Below are positions 7,908-19,266 of a stretch of DNA of 64,000 bases, in pieces. Position numbers and translations under genes: made by a program. The stretch's first letter is position 1; each line of letters begins with the position of its first letter. The notes under the pieces were generated by a model, which was not told the origin of the DNA, searched no databases, and was given only the letters and a program-made list of their open reading frames with translations. Origin of the DNA: Bacteroidales bacterium (GTDB lineage Bacteria > Bacteroidota > Bacteroidia > Bacteroidales > JAUNSR01). Location: the NCBI GenBank assembly GCA_030539115.1, contig JAUNSR010000003.1, positions 94,636 to 158,635 of the forward strand, in the 5' to 3' direction.

Positions 7908-9083
7908 ATGAACAGTAATTTAAGATATATCATATTGACAATCATTATTGCAATTGCAGGAATAACTGATGGCATAGCGCAAAGTCAGATTCAATCGCCG
8001 ATTTATATAAACAGGGATTCGATTTGGTATTCACAGGAAGCGGCAAAATGGAAAGATGTAATAAATAAACAAAATGATGATGAGAATGCCTGGGAAAACT
8101 ATTACAAAGCTATGAGGTATGCTTTGCTTTGGAGTTGGAATGGAAATAATTACAATAAGGAAAATGTTGATAAAATGAATAACGTTTTATCTGAAATGAA
8201 AAAAGCCATTCCCGATTCTTTTACATTTCATTTATATAATTATTACAATCTCTACGCTATAGGCAAAAATGAGGATATTGAAAAGGCTATGGAAATGAAG
8301 CCGGAAAGTACCCAGCATTATGATATTTATGCAGGCTATTTATTAATGTTAGGTGACTTTGAGAGATTAAACAAACTATATGTCAAATGGTACAATTCCG
8401 GCAAATTCTCAATAGATCTTATCAATTATTTTTATAATGAGATAGCATCAGCCGACAAAGGTTCTATAATATTTGTAAATGGAGATGCTCCTGTTTATGC
8501 TGACGGGGTTATTCAAAATGGTTTGAATTTATTTAAAGATGTTACTGTAGTTTGTCTTTCTGTTTTGCCTTTTGACGGAGATTACAGAGAAAAGATATTT
8601 AAAAGTTTAAATATTAAGCCAAATGAATCCTATTCATGGGATAAGACAAAGCAGGCATTTAATGATTATTGCGTTGAATTGATAAAATATATTGCCAAGG
8701 AGAGTGGCCGCAGTGTGTATTTGTCTTCAACTATGAATAATTATATCGACATGATGAAGGACTCTCTTTACTCGGAGGGCTTACTTTTTAAATACTCTAC
8801 AAAGCCTTATGACAATATTGCTAAAACAGATTATAATTTCACAAACATTTATCTTACAGATTATTTAATTCAAAGTTTTTCTCCAGAAAAAGAAAATGCT
8901 TCTGTTTCAAAAACCTCATTGAATTTTGTTGTCTGTCTTAAATCTCTACTTTCATTCTATAAAATCTCAGGAAATAAAAACCAATATGACAAACTATATA
9001 AACTTTTAAGCATCATTATTGAGAAAAACAGTGATAATCTTTCGTCTGATTTAAAACAGCAATACTTAAAATGTTTAGAATAG
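7908..9083 (+). CDS. Hypothetical secreted protein (391 aa)
   Basis: N-terminal signal-like segment IILTIIIAIAGITDGIAQ. The stop abuts the start of the ECF sigma gene. No family recognised. Confidence 0.6.
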   Translation: MNSNLRYIILTIIIAIAGITDGIAQSQIQSPIYINRDSIWYSQEAAKWKDVINKQNDDENAWENYYKAMRYALLWSWNGNNYNKENVDKMNNVLSEMKKAIPDSFTFHLYNYYNLYAIGKNEDIEKAMEMKPESTQHYDIYAGYLLMLGDFERLNKLYVKWYNSGKFSIDLINYFYNEIASADKGSIIFVNGDAPVYADGVIQNGLNLFKDVTVVCLSVLPFDGDYREKIFKSLNIKPNESYSWDKTKQAFNDYCVELIKYIAKESGRSVYLSSTMNNYIDMMKDSLYSEGLLFKYSTKPYDNIAKTDYNFTNIYLTDYLIQSFSPEKENASVSKTSLNFVVCLKSLLSFYKISGNKNQYDKLYKLLSIIIEKNSDNLSSDLKQQYLKCLE

Positions 9084-9671
9084 ATGAGATTTAGAGTTAA
9101 AAACATAGAGCAATATAGTGATGAACAATTAATGTCTCTTCTTGCAAAAGATAACATGGAGGCTTTTGAACTGCTTTATAATAGATATTCTCTTCGTACA
9201 AAATGTTTCTTTCTTAGAATGATTAGTTCTGAGAATGACGAGGCAGAAGATTTAAATCAAGAACTATATCTTAAAGTTTATACTTCAAGATATAGTTTTC
9301 TTGAAAATTATAAATTCGATTCATGGCTTTTCTCTATTTGTTACAATCTTTGTAAAAATCATTATCGTCACAATGATGTAGTTGAACATCATAAACAAGA
9401 GATGCTCTATCAGGATGATCCTATAGAGAGCCCTGATTTTGAGATTAATTATGATAAGGAAATATTTCAAAAACGTTTAGAGCTTATTTTGTCTAAGCTT
9501 TCTCAAGAACAATTGGCTTGCTTTACACTGAGATATAATGAAGAAATGTCTGTAAATGATATTGCCGCGGTTCTTGGTTGTCCTTCCGGCACTGTTAAGT
9601 CAAGATTAAACAGTGCAATGAATATAATTTCAAGCAATCTCAAAGAATACAATTTTATAATTGAACAATAA
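9084..9671 (+). CDS. ECF-type RNA polymerase sigma-70 family factor
   Basis: Region 2-like EDLNQELYLKVYTSRYSF...WLFSICYNLCKNHYR and region 4 HTH SVNDIAAVLGCPSGTVKSRLNSAMN. Confidence 0.85.
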   Translation: MRFRVKNIEQYSDEQLMSLLAKDNMEAFELLYNRYSLRTKCFFLRMISSENDEAEDLNQELYLKVYTSRYSFLENYKFDSWLFSICYNLCKNHYRHNDVVEHHKQEMLYQDDPIESPDFEINYDKEIFQKRLELILSKLSQEQLACFTLRYNEEMSVNDIAAVLGCPSGTVKSRLNSAMNIISSNLKEYNFIIEQ

Positions 9672-9684
9672 AACTTAGAATATC

Positions 9685-10191
9685 ATGACAGATATAGATA
9701 ACGAGCTTAATAAATTCATAAATGAATCAAAAAAGGAATATCATGCAAATGGCTTGAACAAACCTGCCGCTGATTTCAGTGATTTTGCAAAGAATAAAAA
9801 CATTAATAACAATGTTGCAATTAAAAAGAACTATTCCATTTGGTGGATTGCAGCCGCTTCTTTTATTGGGATTATAGTTGGTATGATTATTCCCACTCCA
9901 AGTAAAAAGCCTGTTAATCTATTAGCGGTCAATGACACTGTGTTTATCACTCAGAAAGACACTGTCTACATAGAGGAAAAAGGTTCTTCAAAGAGCGATT
10001 CAAGCAATTTTAAAACTCCTCAGAATGATGATGATATTATTAAATCGGAAACTTTAAGGAATGATAATAAGAGCTCCAAAACAGATGAATTTAAAAATGT
10101 TAAAACAAAAGAAACTCTTCCTGCGACCGGAAAAAGCCTTTCACAAGAAGAGTTCAATATAGGGTTATTAGTTTCCAATACAAGTCTCTAA
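9685..10191 (+). CDS. Single-pass membrane protein, possible anti-sigma factor
   Basis: One transmembrane segment, WWIAAASFIGIIVGMIIP. The gene sits directly after the ECF sigma gene. The call rests on position only. Confidence 0.4.
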   Translation: MTDIDNELNKFINESKKEYHANGLNKPAADFSDFAKNKNINNNVAIKKNYSIWWIAAASFIGIIVGMIIPTPSKKPVNLLAVNDTVFITQKDTVYIEEKGSSKSDSSNFKTPQNDDDIIKSETLRNDNKSSKTDEFKNVKTKETLPATGKSLSQEEFNIGLLVSNTSL

Positions 10192-10195
10192 CATT

Positions 10196-11956
10196 TTATT
10201 TAAAATCAGCAATATCCTTTCCGATTAAAGAGTATCCCTCTTCATTTGGATGAAGACCGTCGGAGAACAGCTTTTCGTTTACTTTTCCATTCTTATCAAC
10301 AAGGTAATGGCCGATATCGAGATATGAAACGCCTTTGACTTTTGTTAAAGCCTCTATCTTCTTATTGATATCTATAACCTTCTGCTCGTCGTTTCTGCGG
10401 GGGAATATTCCAACAACTTTAATTTTTGCCAGAGGAAGACGAACCTGAATGGCAGAAATAATAGCATTTATTCCCTCAACAATGTTTTCATCAGGATCGC
10501 CGCCAAGGTTATTCGTTCCAATCATAAGAACAACCTTTTCAGGGTTAATATCTGCAAGCTCATCATTGTATATTCTCCATATCACATTCTCTACTTTATC
10601 CCAGCCAAAGCCCATATTTTGGAATCCGGCCTTTTCCATAATCTTTTTCCAGTTTTTAGCTCCATTTCTTGCGCCACCTTCAGGCAAACCGCCCCAATAA
10701 TGAGTTATTGAATTACCAAAAATAACACCTTTAGGCTTATTAGTTTTATTAAGAGCCAAGATAGCCTGATGTCTTTTCATCCATTCGTAATTATAAGGCT
10801 CTCTTCTTTGAGTCACAGGCTTGGTTGTTTTTAAATTGCCTATAGGTTCATGCAAAATCTCACGGGCTTTCTTTTCAACAGCGTAGGCATGTTGCTGCAT
10901 TCCAAGATCAGTGTAGTGAGCATAGTCAACTCTGCTGTCAGGATCTAAATCAAGCTCCTCTTTACTCAAATAATATACATTGGCAATGCTTTGTTCTTTT
11001 AATTTATCGTAGGCACTCTTGGCTGCCTCGTTAACATTCTTAACAAACTCTTTATGACGGGCATTTGTACCCTCATCACTGAAACCACAATGCTCGGTAA
11101 TAAGAATAGGAGCAGAGCTTTTTTCCCTTAGTTGCTTGACAGCATTAATAGTTCTATTCTCAACCTCCTGTTTATCCATTTCTTCCATATTTGGATAACA
11201 ATCAAGAATAAACATTCTGGAGTCTATTTGAGAGATATAATCAAGGACTTCAGTTTCAAGCCTTCCGTTTCCTGAAAAGCCTAAATTGATTACGGGATGG
11301 TCCATCCTTCTATTTAAAATGTTAGTCCAAGCCATACCGGGACGTGAGGCACATCCTCCATGTGCTATTGAAGTTCCATAAACGACAAAAGGTTTTTCAA
11401 GTCTTTTAGGAAGAAATTCAAAGTATGAATCCTCATTTACACCAATTTCAAGCCATTCAACACCATTATAAAGGGGCAAATAAAGACGGTATTCAAAACC
11501 CATTTGATGACATGGTATTTTATTGTCTTGAATAAAAACAGAATTAACAGTGTCTTTAAAAGAGTAGCTATTTACACAGTAATCCCAAATACCATCCTGA
11601 TTAATACAATATAAGTCTACACCGGAAACGCCTGTTGCAGGCATATGTTCCATTGCAAGCCTTTTGTTTTTTAATGTATATCGTACATTAATTCGCGGAG
11701 AATTGGAATAAAAGCTTATTGCAATACCGGCACTGTTTAAAGTCTGATACCATACCCCTAAAAGTATCTTCTCTTTTGCACTGTTTGGAAGCCTATTGTA
11801 AGTTGAAATAGTATCTCCACTCCATCCTTGGTTTTGAATTACAGGAAATTCAGATTTTGCCGGATTAAACCACTTGACTTGTGCATTTAATGATAATGTA
11901 ATTAATGTAAAAACAGCTATTATAGCTGTTTTGATAAAATAGAAATATGGTCTCAT
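10196..11956 (-). CDS. SGNH/GDSL hydrolase family protein with two esterase-like domains (putative carbohydrate acetylesterase)
   Basis: Signal peptide. First module: YGTSIAHGGCASRPGMAW...GFSGNG. Second module: GNSITHYWGG...DGLHPNEEGY, the SGNH block I and V signatures. Confidence 0.8.
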   Translation of the reverse strand: MRPYFYFIKTAIIAVFTLITLSLNAQVKWFNPAKSEFPVIQNQGWSGDTISTYNRLPNSAKEKILLGVWYQTLNSAGIAISFYSNSPRINVRYTLKNKRLAMEHMPATGVSGVDLYCINQDGIWDYCVNSYSFKDTVNSVFIQDNKIPCHQMGFEYRLYLPLYNGVEWLEIGVNEDSYFEFLPKRLEKPFVVYGTSIAHGGCASRPGMAWTNILNRRMDHPVINLGFSGNGRLETEVLDYISQIDSRMFILDCYPNMEEMDKQEVENRTINAVKQLREKSSAPILITEHCGFSDEGTNARHKEFVKNVNEAAKSAYDKLKEQSIANVYYLSKEELDLDPDSRVDYAHYTDLGMQQHAYAVEKKAREILHEPIGNLKTTKPVTQRREPYNYEWMKRHQAILALNKTNKPKGVIFGNSITHYWGGLPEGGARNGAKNWKKIMEKAGFQNMGFGWDKVENVIWRIYNDELADINPEKVVLMIGTNNLGGDPDENIVEGINAIISAIQVRLPLAKIKVVGIFPRRNDEQKVIDINKKIEALTKVKGVSYLDIGHYLVDKNGKVNEKLFSDGLHPNEEGYSLIGKDIADFK

Positions 11957-12273
11957 TTATTTAGTATTTAAATTATTATACTAATATTTAAATTTTATAA
12001 AGTTAGCAAAGCGAAATTCTTTAACAAAACCTTAGGTTAAAAATCTTGTCTAATAGCGTAATAATGATATTTGAAGATAGCAAAACAAAGTCTTCACTAA
12101 ATAAATACTGAAATATATCATCAACGTACTCACATTAAAAATAATTTATTAAAAATATTTCATAAAGAAAGGCATTGAATATATAATTATTTATTCCTTT
12201 TAATGAGTAACAGCAATTTGTATAAACATAATTTTATTATTTTTGGCATATATCAATTTATTACTTTTTACCA

Positions 12274-13374
12274 ATGAAAAAACTTACACTACTTTTATTT
12301 GTACTGCTTTCTCTTTCATCTTGTGCAAAAAAAGATTCAACAAAAATTAGCTATAACAATCCTTTATCAATTGAATTTGGCGATCCTTATGTTTTGTCTG
12401 CTTCGGACGGAAAATATTACATGTACGGCACAGGCGGAGGGGCTAAAGATGGATTTTGTGCCTATTCTTCCTCGAATCTTATAGATTGGAAGGCAGAAGG
12501 TCAGGTTTATTTTGGCAATACTCCTGATTCTTGGGCAAAAGCCAATTTCTGGGCTCCCGAAGTATATGAAATTGACGGCAGATATTATATGCTTTTTAGT
12601 GCAGACTGGAAAGAAAATCCGAACAATGAACTGGAAAATTTTAAAATAGGAGTAGCAGCATCAGATTCCCCAGTAGGTCCTTTTAAAGAGATTTCTGATA
12701 AGCCTTTAGTGCTTTTTGATTATCCTGTTATCGATGGCAATCTTTATAGAGACAATGATGGCAGAACATATCTTTATTTTTCAAGATGCTGTTATAAGAA
12801 TCCTGTTGAAAGTGAGGTTTCCAAATGGGCAAAAGAGAAAGGGATGTTTGATGAAATTGAAGAGAGTTGGGTTTACGGCGTTGAGATAGCACCTGATTTC
12901 TCAAAGACAATTGGAGAACCGGTTCTTTTGCTTCGACCACCTTATGAAATGGATAACAATCAGACTGAATGGGAAAGTCGTTCCGTTACTTCAGGTGAAG
13001 TTAACAGGAGGTGGACAGAGGGATCATTTATATTTAAAAACGGAGATACTTTTTATATGATGTATTCTGCCAATTTCTTTGGTGGAAAAAATTATGCTGT
13101 TGGATACGCCACTTCCAAATCTCCATTAGGACCTTTCAAAAAAGCTGAAAACAATCCCATACTTCAAAAAAATATTGAAAAGGGTGGAATTGTTACCGGC
13201 ACAGGTCATAATAGCGTAGTGATAAAAAAAGATACTAAAGAAATGATATGTGTTTATCATGGAAGAACATCACAAACAGGAGATGAACGTGTTGTTTTTA
13301 TTGATAAAATGCATATTGATAAAGATGGGCTTCTTTGGGTGGATGGTCCGACCACTGATAAGACTGAGCTTTAG
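12274..13374 (+). CDS. Glycoside hydrolase family 43 lipoprotein
   Basis: Lipobox LSSC. GH43 blocks GDPYVL..DGKYYMYGT, WAPEVYEIDGRYYMLFSA and EGSFIFKNGDTFYMMYSA. Confidence 0.85.
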   Translation: MKKLTLLLFVLLSLSSCAKKDSTKISYNNPLSIEFGDPYVLSASDGKYYMYGTGGGAKDGFCAYSSSNLIDWKAEGQVYFGNTPDSWAKANFWAPEVYEIDGRYYMLFSADWKENPNNELENFKIGVAASDSPVGPFKEISDKPLVLFDYPVIDGNLYRDNDGRTYLYFSRCCYKNPVESEVSKWAKEKGMFDEIEESWVYGVEIAPDFSKTIGEPVLLLRPPYEMDNNQTEWESRSVTSGEVNRRWTEGSFIFKNGDTFYMMYSANFFGGKNYAVGYATSKSPLGPFKKAENNPILQKNIEKGGIVTGTGHNSVVIKKDTKEMICVYHGRTSQTGDERVVFIDKMHIDKDGLLWVDGPTTDKTEL

Positions 13375-13503
13375 AAATTTATTTTTCATAAAATATGGCT
13401 GTCATGAATACCTATCTCGAAAACAGGCTTTTGAAATTGGATATTCTTTTGATATATCTGATTATCATAAATATCTGTCAAGAAAAGCGCGTGCTTAAAG
13501 ATA

Positions 13504-13968
13504 TTATCTGTTTTTAAGTTCATTAAGCAGTTCACTGACAGTTTTATTAAACAGCGGATGTATAATATCCGGAGCAATTTCATTTAATGGTTCAAGTACA
13601 AAAAGCCTTTGAGACATTAAGGGATGAGGAATTTTCAAGTTATCATTATCCACAACGAGGTTTTCTGCAAAAATAATATCGATATCAATAATTCTATCAG
13701 AATATATTCCGTTGCTTTTAGTGAGTCTTCCAAGCTCTTTTTCTATCTTTTCAGTAATTGCGAGCATCTCATTAGGCAAAATGTTTGTATTAACAACTGC
13801 ACAAATATTTACAAAGCCGTTTATCGAATTGAAACCCCATGGTTCAGTATAATAAAAAGCGGATTGGCAAGTGATATTACCAATCCGCTTTGTTATCATA
13901 TCTAAAGCCCGGGTAATATTCTCCTCTCTCTCTCCGAGATTGGACCCTAAACTTAGATAATAGTTCAT
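13504..13968 (-). CDS. folK: 2-amino-4-hydroxy-6-hydroxymethyldihydropteridine diphosphokinase
   Basis: YLSLGSNLGERE...RIIDIDIIF...LKIPHPLMSQRLFVLEPLNEI is the typical HPPK signature. Confidence 0.9.
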   Translation of the reverse strand: MNYYLSLGSNLGEREENITRALDMITKRIGNITCQSAFYYTEPWGFNSINGFVNICAVVNTNILPNEMLAITEKIEKELGRLTKSNGIYSDRIIDIDIIFAENLVVDNDNLKIPHPLMSQRLFVLEPLNEIAPDIIHPLFNKTVSELLNELKNR

Positions 13969-13977
13969 ATTGCTAAA

Positions 13978-15033
13978 TTAAATTATCAACATAGCGTCAC
14001 CATATGCGCCAAATTGGTATTTTTCTTTTATTGCTACATTATAAGCCTCCATTACCTGATCATAATCGCCAAATGCGGCAGTAAGCATAAGCATTGTCGA
14101 CATTGGTAAATGAAAATTAGTAATCATGCTGTCAGTGACAGTGAAGTCATACGGAGGAAATATAAACTTATTTGTCCATCCGGAAAATGGTTTTAGATGA
14201 CCATCAGTACTTACAGTTGTTTCTATGGCACGCATTACAGAAGTGCCTACAGCACAAATTTTATGTTTGTTGTCCTTTGCATTATTTACAAGTTCAGCCA
14301 CTTCATTTCCAACATACATTTGTTCAGAATCCATCTTATGCTTTGTAAGATCCTCAACGTCAATCTCCCTAAAGTTTCCAAGTCCAGAATGTAAAGTAAG
14401 AAATCCGGCATCAATGCCTTTAATTTCCATTCTTTTCATTAATTCTCTGCTGAAATGAAGACCGGCAGCAGGAGCAACAATAGCGCCCTCATTTTTTGCA
14501 AAAATAGTCTGATAGCGTTCAACGTCATCAGCTTCGCTCTCTCTGAACGCACGAAGATATGGAGGGATAGGAGTCTGACCCAAATCGAAAAGAGTTTTTT
14601 TAAAATCTTCATGACTTCCATCAAAAAGGAAACGAAGCGTTCTTCCTCTTGAAGTTGTATTGTCTATAACCTCAGCAACCATAGAATCATCGTCGCCAAA
14701 GTAAAGCTTATTGCCAATACGGATTTTTCTTGCAGGATCAACCAATACATCCCAAAGACGATTATCCTCGTTAAGCTCACGAAGAAGAGTTACCTCAATT
14801 TTTGCTCCTGTCTTTTCTTTGTTTCCATAAAGAAGGGCAGGAAAAACCATTGTGTCGTTAAATACAAATACATCTTTGTCATCAAAATAATTGAGTACAT
14901 CTTTAAACACATGATGTTCAATCTCACCGCTTTTACGGTTTAATATCATTAGTCTTGCTTCATCACGATTTTTTGCCGGATGCAAAGCAATTAGCTCATC
15001 CGGTAATTTGAATTTAAACTGAGACAGCTTCAT
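13978..15033 (-). CDS. queA: tRNA preQ1(34) S-adenosylmethionine ribosyltransferase-isomerase
   Basis: [29 protein letters not shown] and C-terminal [10 protein letters not shown]; length 351 aa. Confidence 0.95.
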   Translation of the reverse strand: MKLSQFKFKLPDELIALHPAKNRDEARLMILNRKSGEIEHHVFKDVLNYFDDKDVFVFNDTMVFPALLYGNKEKTGAKIEVTLLRELNEDNRLWDVLVDPARKIRIGNKLYFGDDDSMVAEVIDNTTSRGRTLRFLFDGSHEDFKKTLFDLGQTPIPPYLRAFRESEADDVERYQTIFAKNEGAIVAPAAGLHFSRELMKRMEIKGIDAGFLTLHSGLGNFREIDVEDLTKHKMDSEQMYVGNEVAELVNNAKDNKHKICAVGTSVMRAIETTVSTDGHLKPFSGWTNKFIFPPYDFTVTDSMITNFHLPMSTMLMLTAAFGDYDQVMEAYNVAIKEKYQFGAYGDAMLII

Positions 15034-15153
15034 ATCTATATTTTAGATTAATATTTTTTTTAGATGAGCTTATGTAAAAAAATAATTTCTTTAACATAAG
15101 CTTTTAGCTATAATAAGAAAGTTTCATTAAACGTTGACTGAGAGAGATAGCAA

Positions 15154-15882
15154 TCAATTATTGCTGTCATTATCAGAAGTCTTACATTCTCTGCCATTAA
15201 ACGCATTTTCAACAAACTCATCTATCTTTTCAGCATCTAAACAATCTGAAAGACGAACATCTCCGATTCTTGTTCTTATAAGTCCTGTCAAATGCGCCCC
15301 ACTATTCAGTGCAAGTCCGATATCTCTTGCTAAAGCTCTGATATAAGTACCTTTACTACAAACTACTCGAACAGTAATTTGAGGGAAATCATAGCTTAAC
15401 AATTCAATTTCATCTATAACAAGCTCTTTAGCCTTTAGTTCAACCTCTTCTCCTGCCCTTGCAAACTCATAGGCTCTTTTACCATCAACCTTAACAGCTG
15501 AATATACGGGAGGCACCTGCCAAAGAGAGCCGGTAAATTTTTTCAGAGTCTCTTCAACCAATTCTCTGGTAATATGAGCTGTTTCATAACTGCCGTCAAC
15601 TTCAGTCTCGAGGTCAAAACTCGGAGTAGTTTCTCCAAGTTTTATTGTTGCTACATATTCTTTTGTCTTATACTGAAAGCTTTCAATCTGTTTAGTAGCT
15701 TTTCCGGTACAAATAATCATTACTCCTGATGCCAAAGGGTCAAGAGTTCCGGCATGACCAACCTTAAATTTTTTCACTTTCAGTTTTCTGCTTAATCTGT
15801 TTCTTATCTGTTTTACCAAATAAAATGATGTCCAGTTAAGCGGCTTATTGAAATATAAAACTTCTCCTTCTAAAAAATCCAT
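15154..15882 (-). CDS. truB: tRNA pseudouridine(55) synthase
   Basis: Catalytic block GHAGTLDPLASGVMIICTGKATK. Confidence 0.95.
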   Translation of the reverse strand: MDFLEGEVLYFNKPLNWTSFYLVKQIRNRLSRKLKVKKFKVGHAGTLDPLASGVMIICTGKATKQIESFQYKTKEYVATIKLGETTPSFDLETEVDGSYETAHITRELVEETLKKFTGSLWQVPPVYSAVKVDGKRAYEFARAGEEVELKAKELVIDEIELLSYDFPQITVRVVCSKGTYIRALARDIGLALNSGAHLTGLIRTRIGDVRLSDCLDAEKIDEFVENAFNGRECKTSDNDSNN

Positions 15883-15984
15883 ATAAAAAGTTATCGAACA
15901 AATCCTCTCTTTGTTATAATATTATCACAAACAAGGTTGTTGGACAATAGTAAAAAATAAATTTTCTTTTAATTCGATTTTATT

Positions 15985-16782
15985 CTACCTCATAGAATAA
16001 ATTAATGCAAAAGCACCCACTACAGCACAATATATGGCAAAATAAACAAGCTTGCCATTTTTTACAATCTTAAGCATCCACTTACAGGCCAAAGTTCCTG
16101 AAATAAATGCAGCAAAAAATCCAACTATTAAAGATAACACGGGGATTGTGGTAACAGTTGCAGTAGAAGATACTCCTTTTATCAGATCTAAAAGAGATTC
16201 CCCAAGAATTGGAACAATTACCATTAAAAAAGAAAATTTTGCAACTTCCTCTTTTTTATCACCAAGCAATATTCCGGTGGCTATTGTAGAACCTGAGCGA
16301 GACAGTCCGGGCAAAACAGCAATTGCCTGAGCAATTCCTATTATGAATGCATCCCAATAGGAAATATTTTCCTTTTTTCTTGGTTGTGCAAAATAGGCAA
16401 AGGCAAGCAACGCGGCTGTTATCATTAGACAAATACCAACTACGAAAAGACCAGAGCCAAAAAGCGACTCTATGCTGTCTTTAAAGAAAACTCCAACAAT
16501 CCCTACAGGAATCATTGAGATAATAATCTTGAGAATATATTTTGTCTGCTCATCCCATTTGAAAGAAAACAGGCTTTTAAAAAGCACTTCAACCTCTTTC
16601 CAAAGAACTACTATCGTACTTAAAACGGTTGCTGCATGAACAACAACAGCAAATGTAAGATTCTCTTCACTTTGGGTGCCCAAAAGGACACTTGCTATTT
16701 CCAAATGGCCACTACTGCTTATAGGCAAGTATTCGGATAAACCTTGTACAAGCCCTAATATTAAAGCTTCAATCCAACTCAT
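15985..16782 (-). CDS. uppP: Undecaprenyl-diphosphate phosphatase
   Basis: [10 protein letters not shown] motif, [10 protein letters not shown] motif, and multi-pass membrane profile. Confidence 0.95.
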   Translation of the reverse strand: MSWIEALILGLVQGLSEYLPISSSGHLEIASVLLGTQSEENLTFAVVVHAATVLSTIVVLWKEVEVLFKSLFSFKWDEQTKYILKIIISMIPVGIVGVFFKDSIESLFGSGLFVVGICLMITAALLAFAYFAQPRKKENISYWDAFIIGIAQAIAVLPGLSRSGSTIATGILLGDKKEEVAKFSFLMVIVPILGESLLDLIKGVSSTATVTTIPVLSLIVGFFAAFISGTLACKWMLKIVKNGKLVYFAIYCAVVGAFALIYSMR

Positions 16783-16784
16783 TA

Positions 16785-17039
16785 CTATTCCTTGTTTTTA
16801 TCTTTTATAAGTATTCCTACAAGCATAAGAATGTACCCGACAAAACAAAGGTTTGGAGCAATTACTATTCTTCTGAAACTAAAAATTGATGGGTCAAATG
16901 CTTCCATAGTCGAGGAGCTTCCGCCCATCAGAATAAAGCCCAGAATAATGAAAGCAAAGGCAATTGCCATAACAATAAAGTTTGATTTGCCTAAAGCGAA
17001 ATTCTTTTTATCCATAATATATAATTGGTTTTTATACAA
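16785..17039 (-). CDS. Small two-TM membrane protein (DUF3098-like)
   Basis: 84 aa with two hydrophobic segments. It overlaps the ftsX stop by 8 nt, and its position between ftsX and uppP is conserved in Bacteroidetes as I recall. Confidence 0.6.
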   Translation of the reverse strand: MYKNQLYIMDKKNFALGKSNFIVMAIAFAFIILGFILMGGSSSTMEAFDPSIFSFRRIVIAPNLCFVGYILMLVGILIKDKNKE

Positions 17040-17910
17040 GATACATATCGTCGCCCTTCATCCTCAGATATTTATTTATTGCAAAGAACGATGCTATTGC
17101 AGTAATAATTATTCCAAGAGCAACTATTATAGAAAAAACGGTTGTTAACAAAACAGGTGTTATCAACTCCCTTACTCCAACAAATTCATTAACGATATAA
17201 TATATCAATCCCGTCAGCAGTCCAATTGCAATTATTGAAGCAATAATTCCATTTACTATATTTGACCATATAAATGGTCTTCTTATAAATCCCGAAGTTG
17301 CTCCAACGAGCTGCATAGTATTAATAATAAATCGTTTAGAATAAACGCTGAGTCTTACTGTATTGTTGATAAGAGTAAATGATATCGCAAGCAAAATCAA
17401 TGCCAAGGCAAACAATATTACTCCTGCCCTTTTCATATTGTCATTGACAAGTTGAACTATATCCTTTCTATAATTAAATTCCGATATATCTCTTGAAAAA
17501 CTCCTTACCTGAGTCTCTATCTTTGCAATGCTATCGTTATTGGCATATTTTGAATTTAGCTTAACATCGAGAGATGCCTGTAAAGGATTAAAACCTAAAA
17601 ACTCTTCCGGATTCTCTCCCAGTTCACTTGTCAATTCCTTTAGCGCATCGACCTTGCTTATATACTGAACACTCTTTGCAAATTCAAGTTTTTTAATTCT
17701 TGTTTGAAGCCTTGACAAATCTTCAGGCTTAATATTGTCATCAAGAACAAGAGTAAAACCTATATTTTCTCTCAAATAAACAGAGACTTCCTTAGCAAGC
17801 ACTCCCATAAAGGCAATCATGCCAAGTACAAAAAGCATTAAAGAAATGCTTATTATAGTTGTCAGACGGGCTCCAAAGAATTTTCTATGTGAAACATTCA
17901 ATTTACTCAT
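17032..17910 (-). CDS. ftsX: Cell-division-type FtsX-like permease
   Basis: 292 aa: an N-terminal TM segment, a periplasmic domain, then three C-terminal TM segments. No ftsE lies adjacent. Confidence 0.75.
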   Translation of the reverse strand: MSKLNVSHRKFFGARLTTIISISLMLFVLGMIAFMGVLAKEVSVYLRENIGFTLVLDDNIKPEDLSRLQTRIKKLEFAKSVQYISKVDALKELTSELGENPEEFLGFNPLQASLDVKLNSKYANNDSIAKIETQVRSFSRDISEFNYRKDIVQLVNDNMKRAGVILFALALILLAISFTLINNTVRLSVYSKRFIINTMQLVGATSGFIRRPFIWSNIVNGIIASIIAIGLLTGLIYYIVNEFVGVRELITPVLLTTVFSIIVALGIIITAIASFFAINKYLRMKGDDMYLV

Positions 17911-18803
17911 TTGCTTTTTCTTAATATAAATATTAATGAACTGCTTTTGCGAGGATTTGTTAAAGCTGAATTTAGAGCTTTTATTCCTATAAGCATTCCT
18001 CTAAAGAATGAACAGCTTTTTCCCTGTAATTTTTCACTAAGCATAGAAATATAAAAGGCATCCAATGGCATAGGTCCAAATTTTTCAATCTTAAATTCTT
18101 CTCTTTTAGATAAAATACCTAATGTCGTTGCATTAAAATGCCACAAATGGCGGGGCACATCATAAGCTGCCCAATTTTCCTTATAATATTCTGCATCAAA
18201 AGACTCAGAATTAGGTACTGCAACAATCAAAGTGCCATCATCCTTAAGCAATGAACGAAGCTTTTCAAAAGTTCCCTTAAGATCCTGAAGATGTTCCATC
18301 ACATGCCACAAGGTAATGACATCATATTTGTTATTATCATCAACCTCATTAAGCAAATTTTTCACATCGATATTAAAATGCTCTTTTGCTACTTTTGAGG
18401 CATCATCACTTTTTTCAACACCCATAACATCCCAGCCCATTTTTTTCATAGTATGAAGAAAATAGCCTGTTCCACAACCAATATCAAGAAGCTTCCCTTT
18501 TTCCATACCGCTCTCTTTGCAGACAATTTTTGCCTTTCTGTTGAGCATTATAGTTCTTGCAATATGATATACATTATTGATTAGACCTTTTCTTGAATTG
18601 GAATGGGAAATATAATCCTTGCTTTTATAATATTCACCTATGAGGCTTTCATCAGGAAAATCCTGAGTAAAAAGAAATCCACAATTATCACATTTCATGA
18701 TTTGGAAATCTTCTTTACTTATTGAATGGTCGTTACACTTTGTAAAAGCGCTCAATTGCTGACTATTGCAAACCGGACAATATGATATATGAATTTTATT
18801 CAT
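17907..18803 (-). CDS. Class I SAM-dependent methyltransferase with an N-terminal Cys4 zinc-ribbon
   Basis: CPVCNS...CDNCGF, followed by SAM motif I LLDIGCGTGYF. An ATGA overlap with ftsX suggests translational coupling. Confidence 0.8.
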   Translation of the reverse strand: MNKIHISYCPVCNSQQLSAFTKCNDHSISKEDFQIMKCDNCGFLFTQDFPDESLIGEYYKSKDYISHSNSRKGLINNVYHIARTIMLNRKAKIVCKESGMEKGKLLDIGCGTGYFLHTMKKMGWDVMGVEKSDDASKVAKEHFNIDVKNLLNEVDDNNKYDVITLWHVMEHLQDLKGTFEKLRSLLKDDGTLIVAVPNSESFDAEYYKENWAAYDVPRHLWHFNATTLGILSKREEFKIEKFGPMPLDAFYISMLSEKLQGKSCSFFRGMLIGIKALNSALTNPRKSSSLIFILRKSK

Positions 18804-19266
18804 CTATTTGCTTTTGCATTAATATTCTTGATTCTACTAAAACCACTCCCTTGCCATAGTTATAATATTCAAAATATTATTTTTCAAAGAAATTGTATAA
18901 AACAAGAAATTAAAAATCGGGTAAAAATGTATTAATTTTACAATAATACACTCTTACCCTTAATTTGATGCAAAAGAACAAATATTTTGTCAATTTCACA
19001 CTATTAAATTTTGTTATTTAGTTTAAATATTGTCTGATAGAGCATTTTTTCTTTAAAATATTACTCCTTTAGTTTTAAATCACAAACCATTTAAAAGAAT
19101 TGAAAAGGCAATCCCTAATGACAGACTTATTATGGAAATCAAAGAATCCGCCATATTTCTTTTCCTATTCCTTAATATTAACTTTAAAATAAAATTGATA
19201 CTCTGTCTGTAGTTGTAAAACATATTATAATTGCAACTCCTTTAAAATATCTTATTTTCAAACCTA

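Noticed and set aside
16792-17148. 118-aa plus-strand ORF overlapping the small membrane protein gene and the ftsX 3' end
   Set aside because: It is antisense to two overlapping, syntenically sensible genes, and its translation has no recognisable features.
19080-19154. 24-codon hydrophobic mini-ORF (MADSLISIISLSLGIAFSILLNGL) on the minus strand downstream of the ABC ATPase
   Set aside because: It is tempting as a small membrane partner of the permease-less pump. However, it is very short, has no conservation evidence, and such ORFs arise easily in AT-rich DNA.
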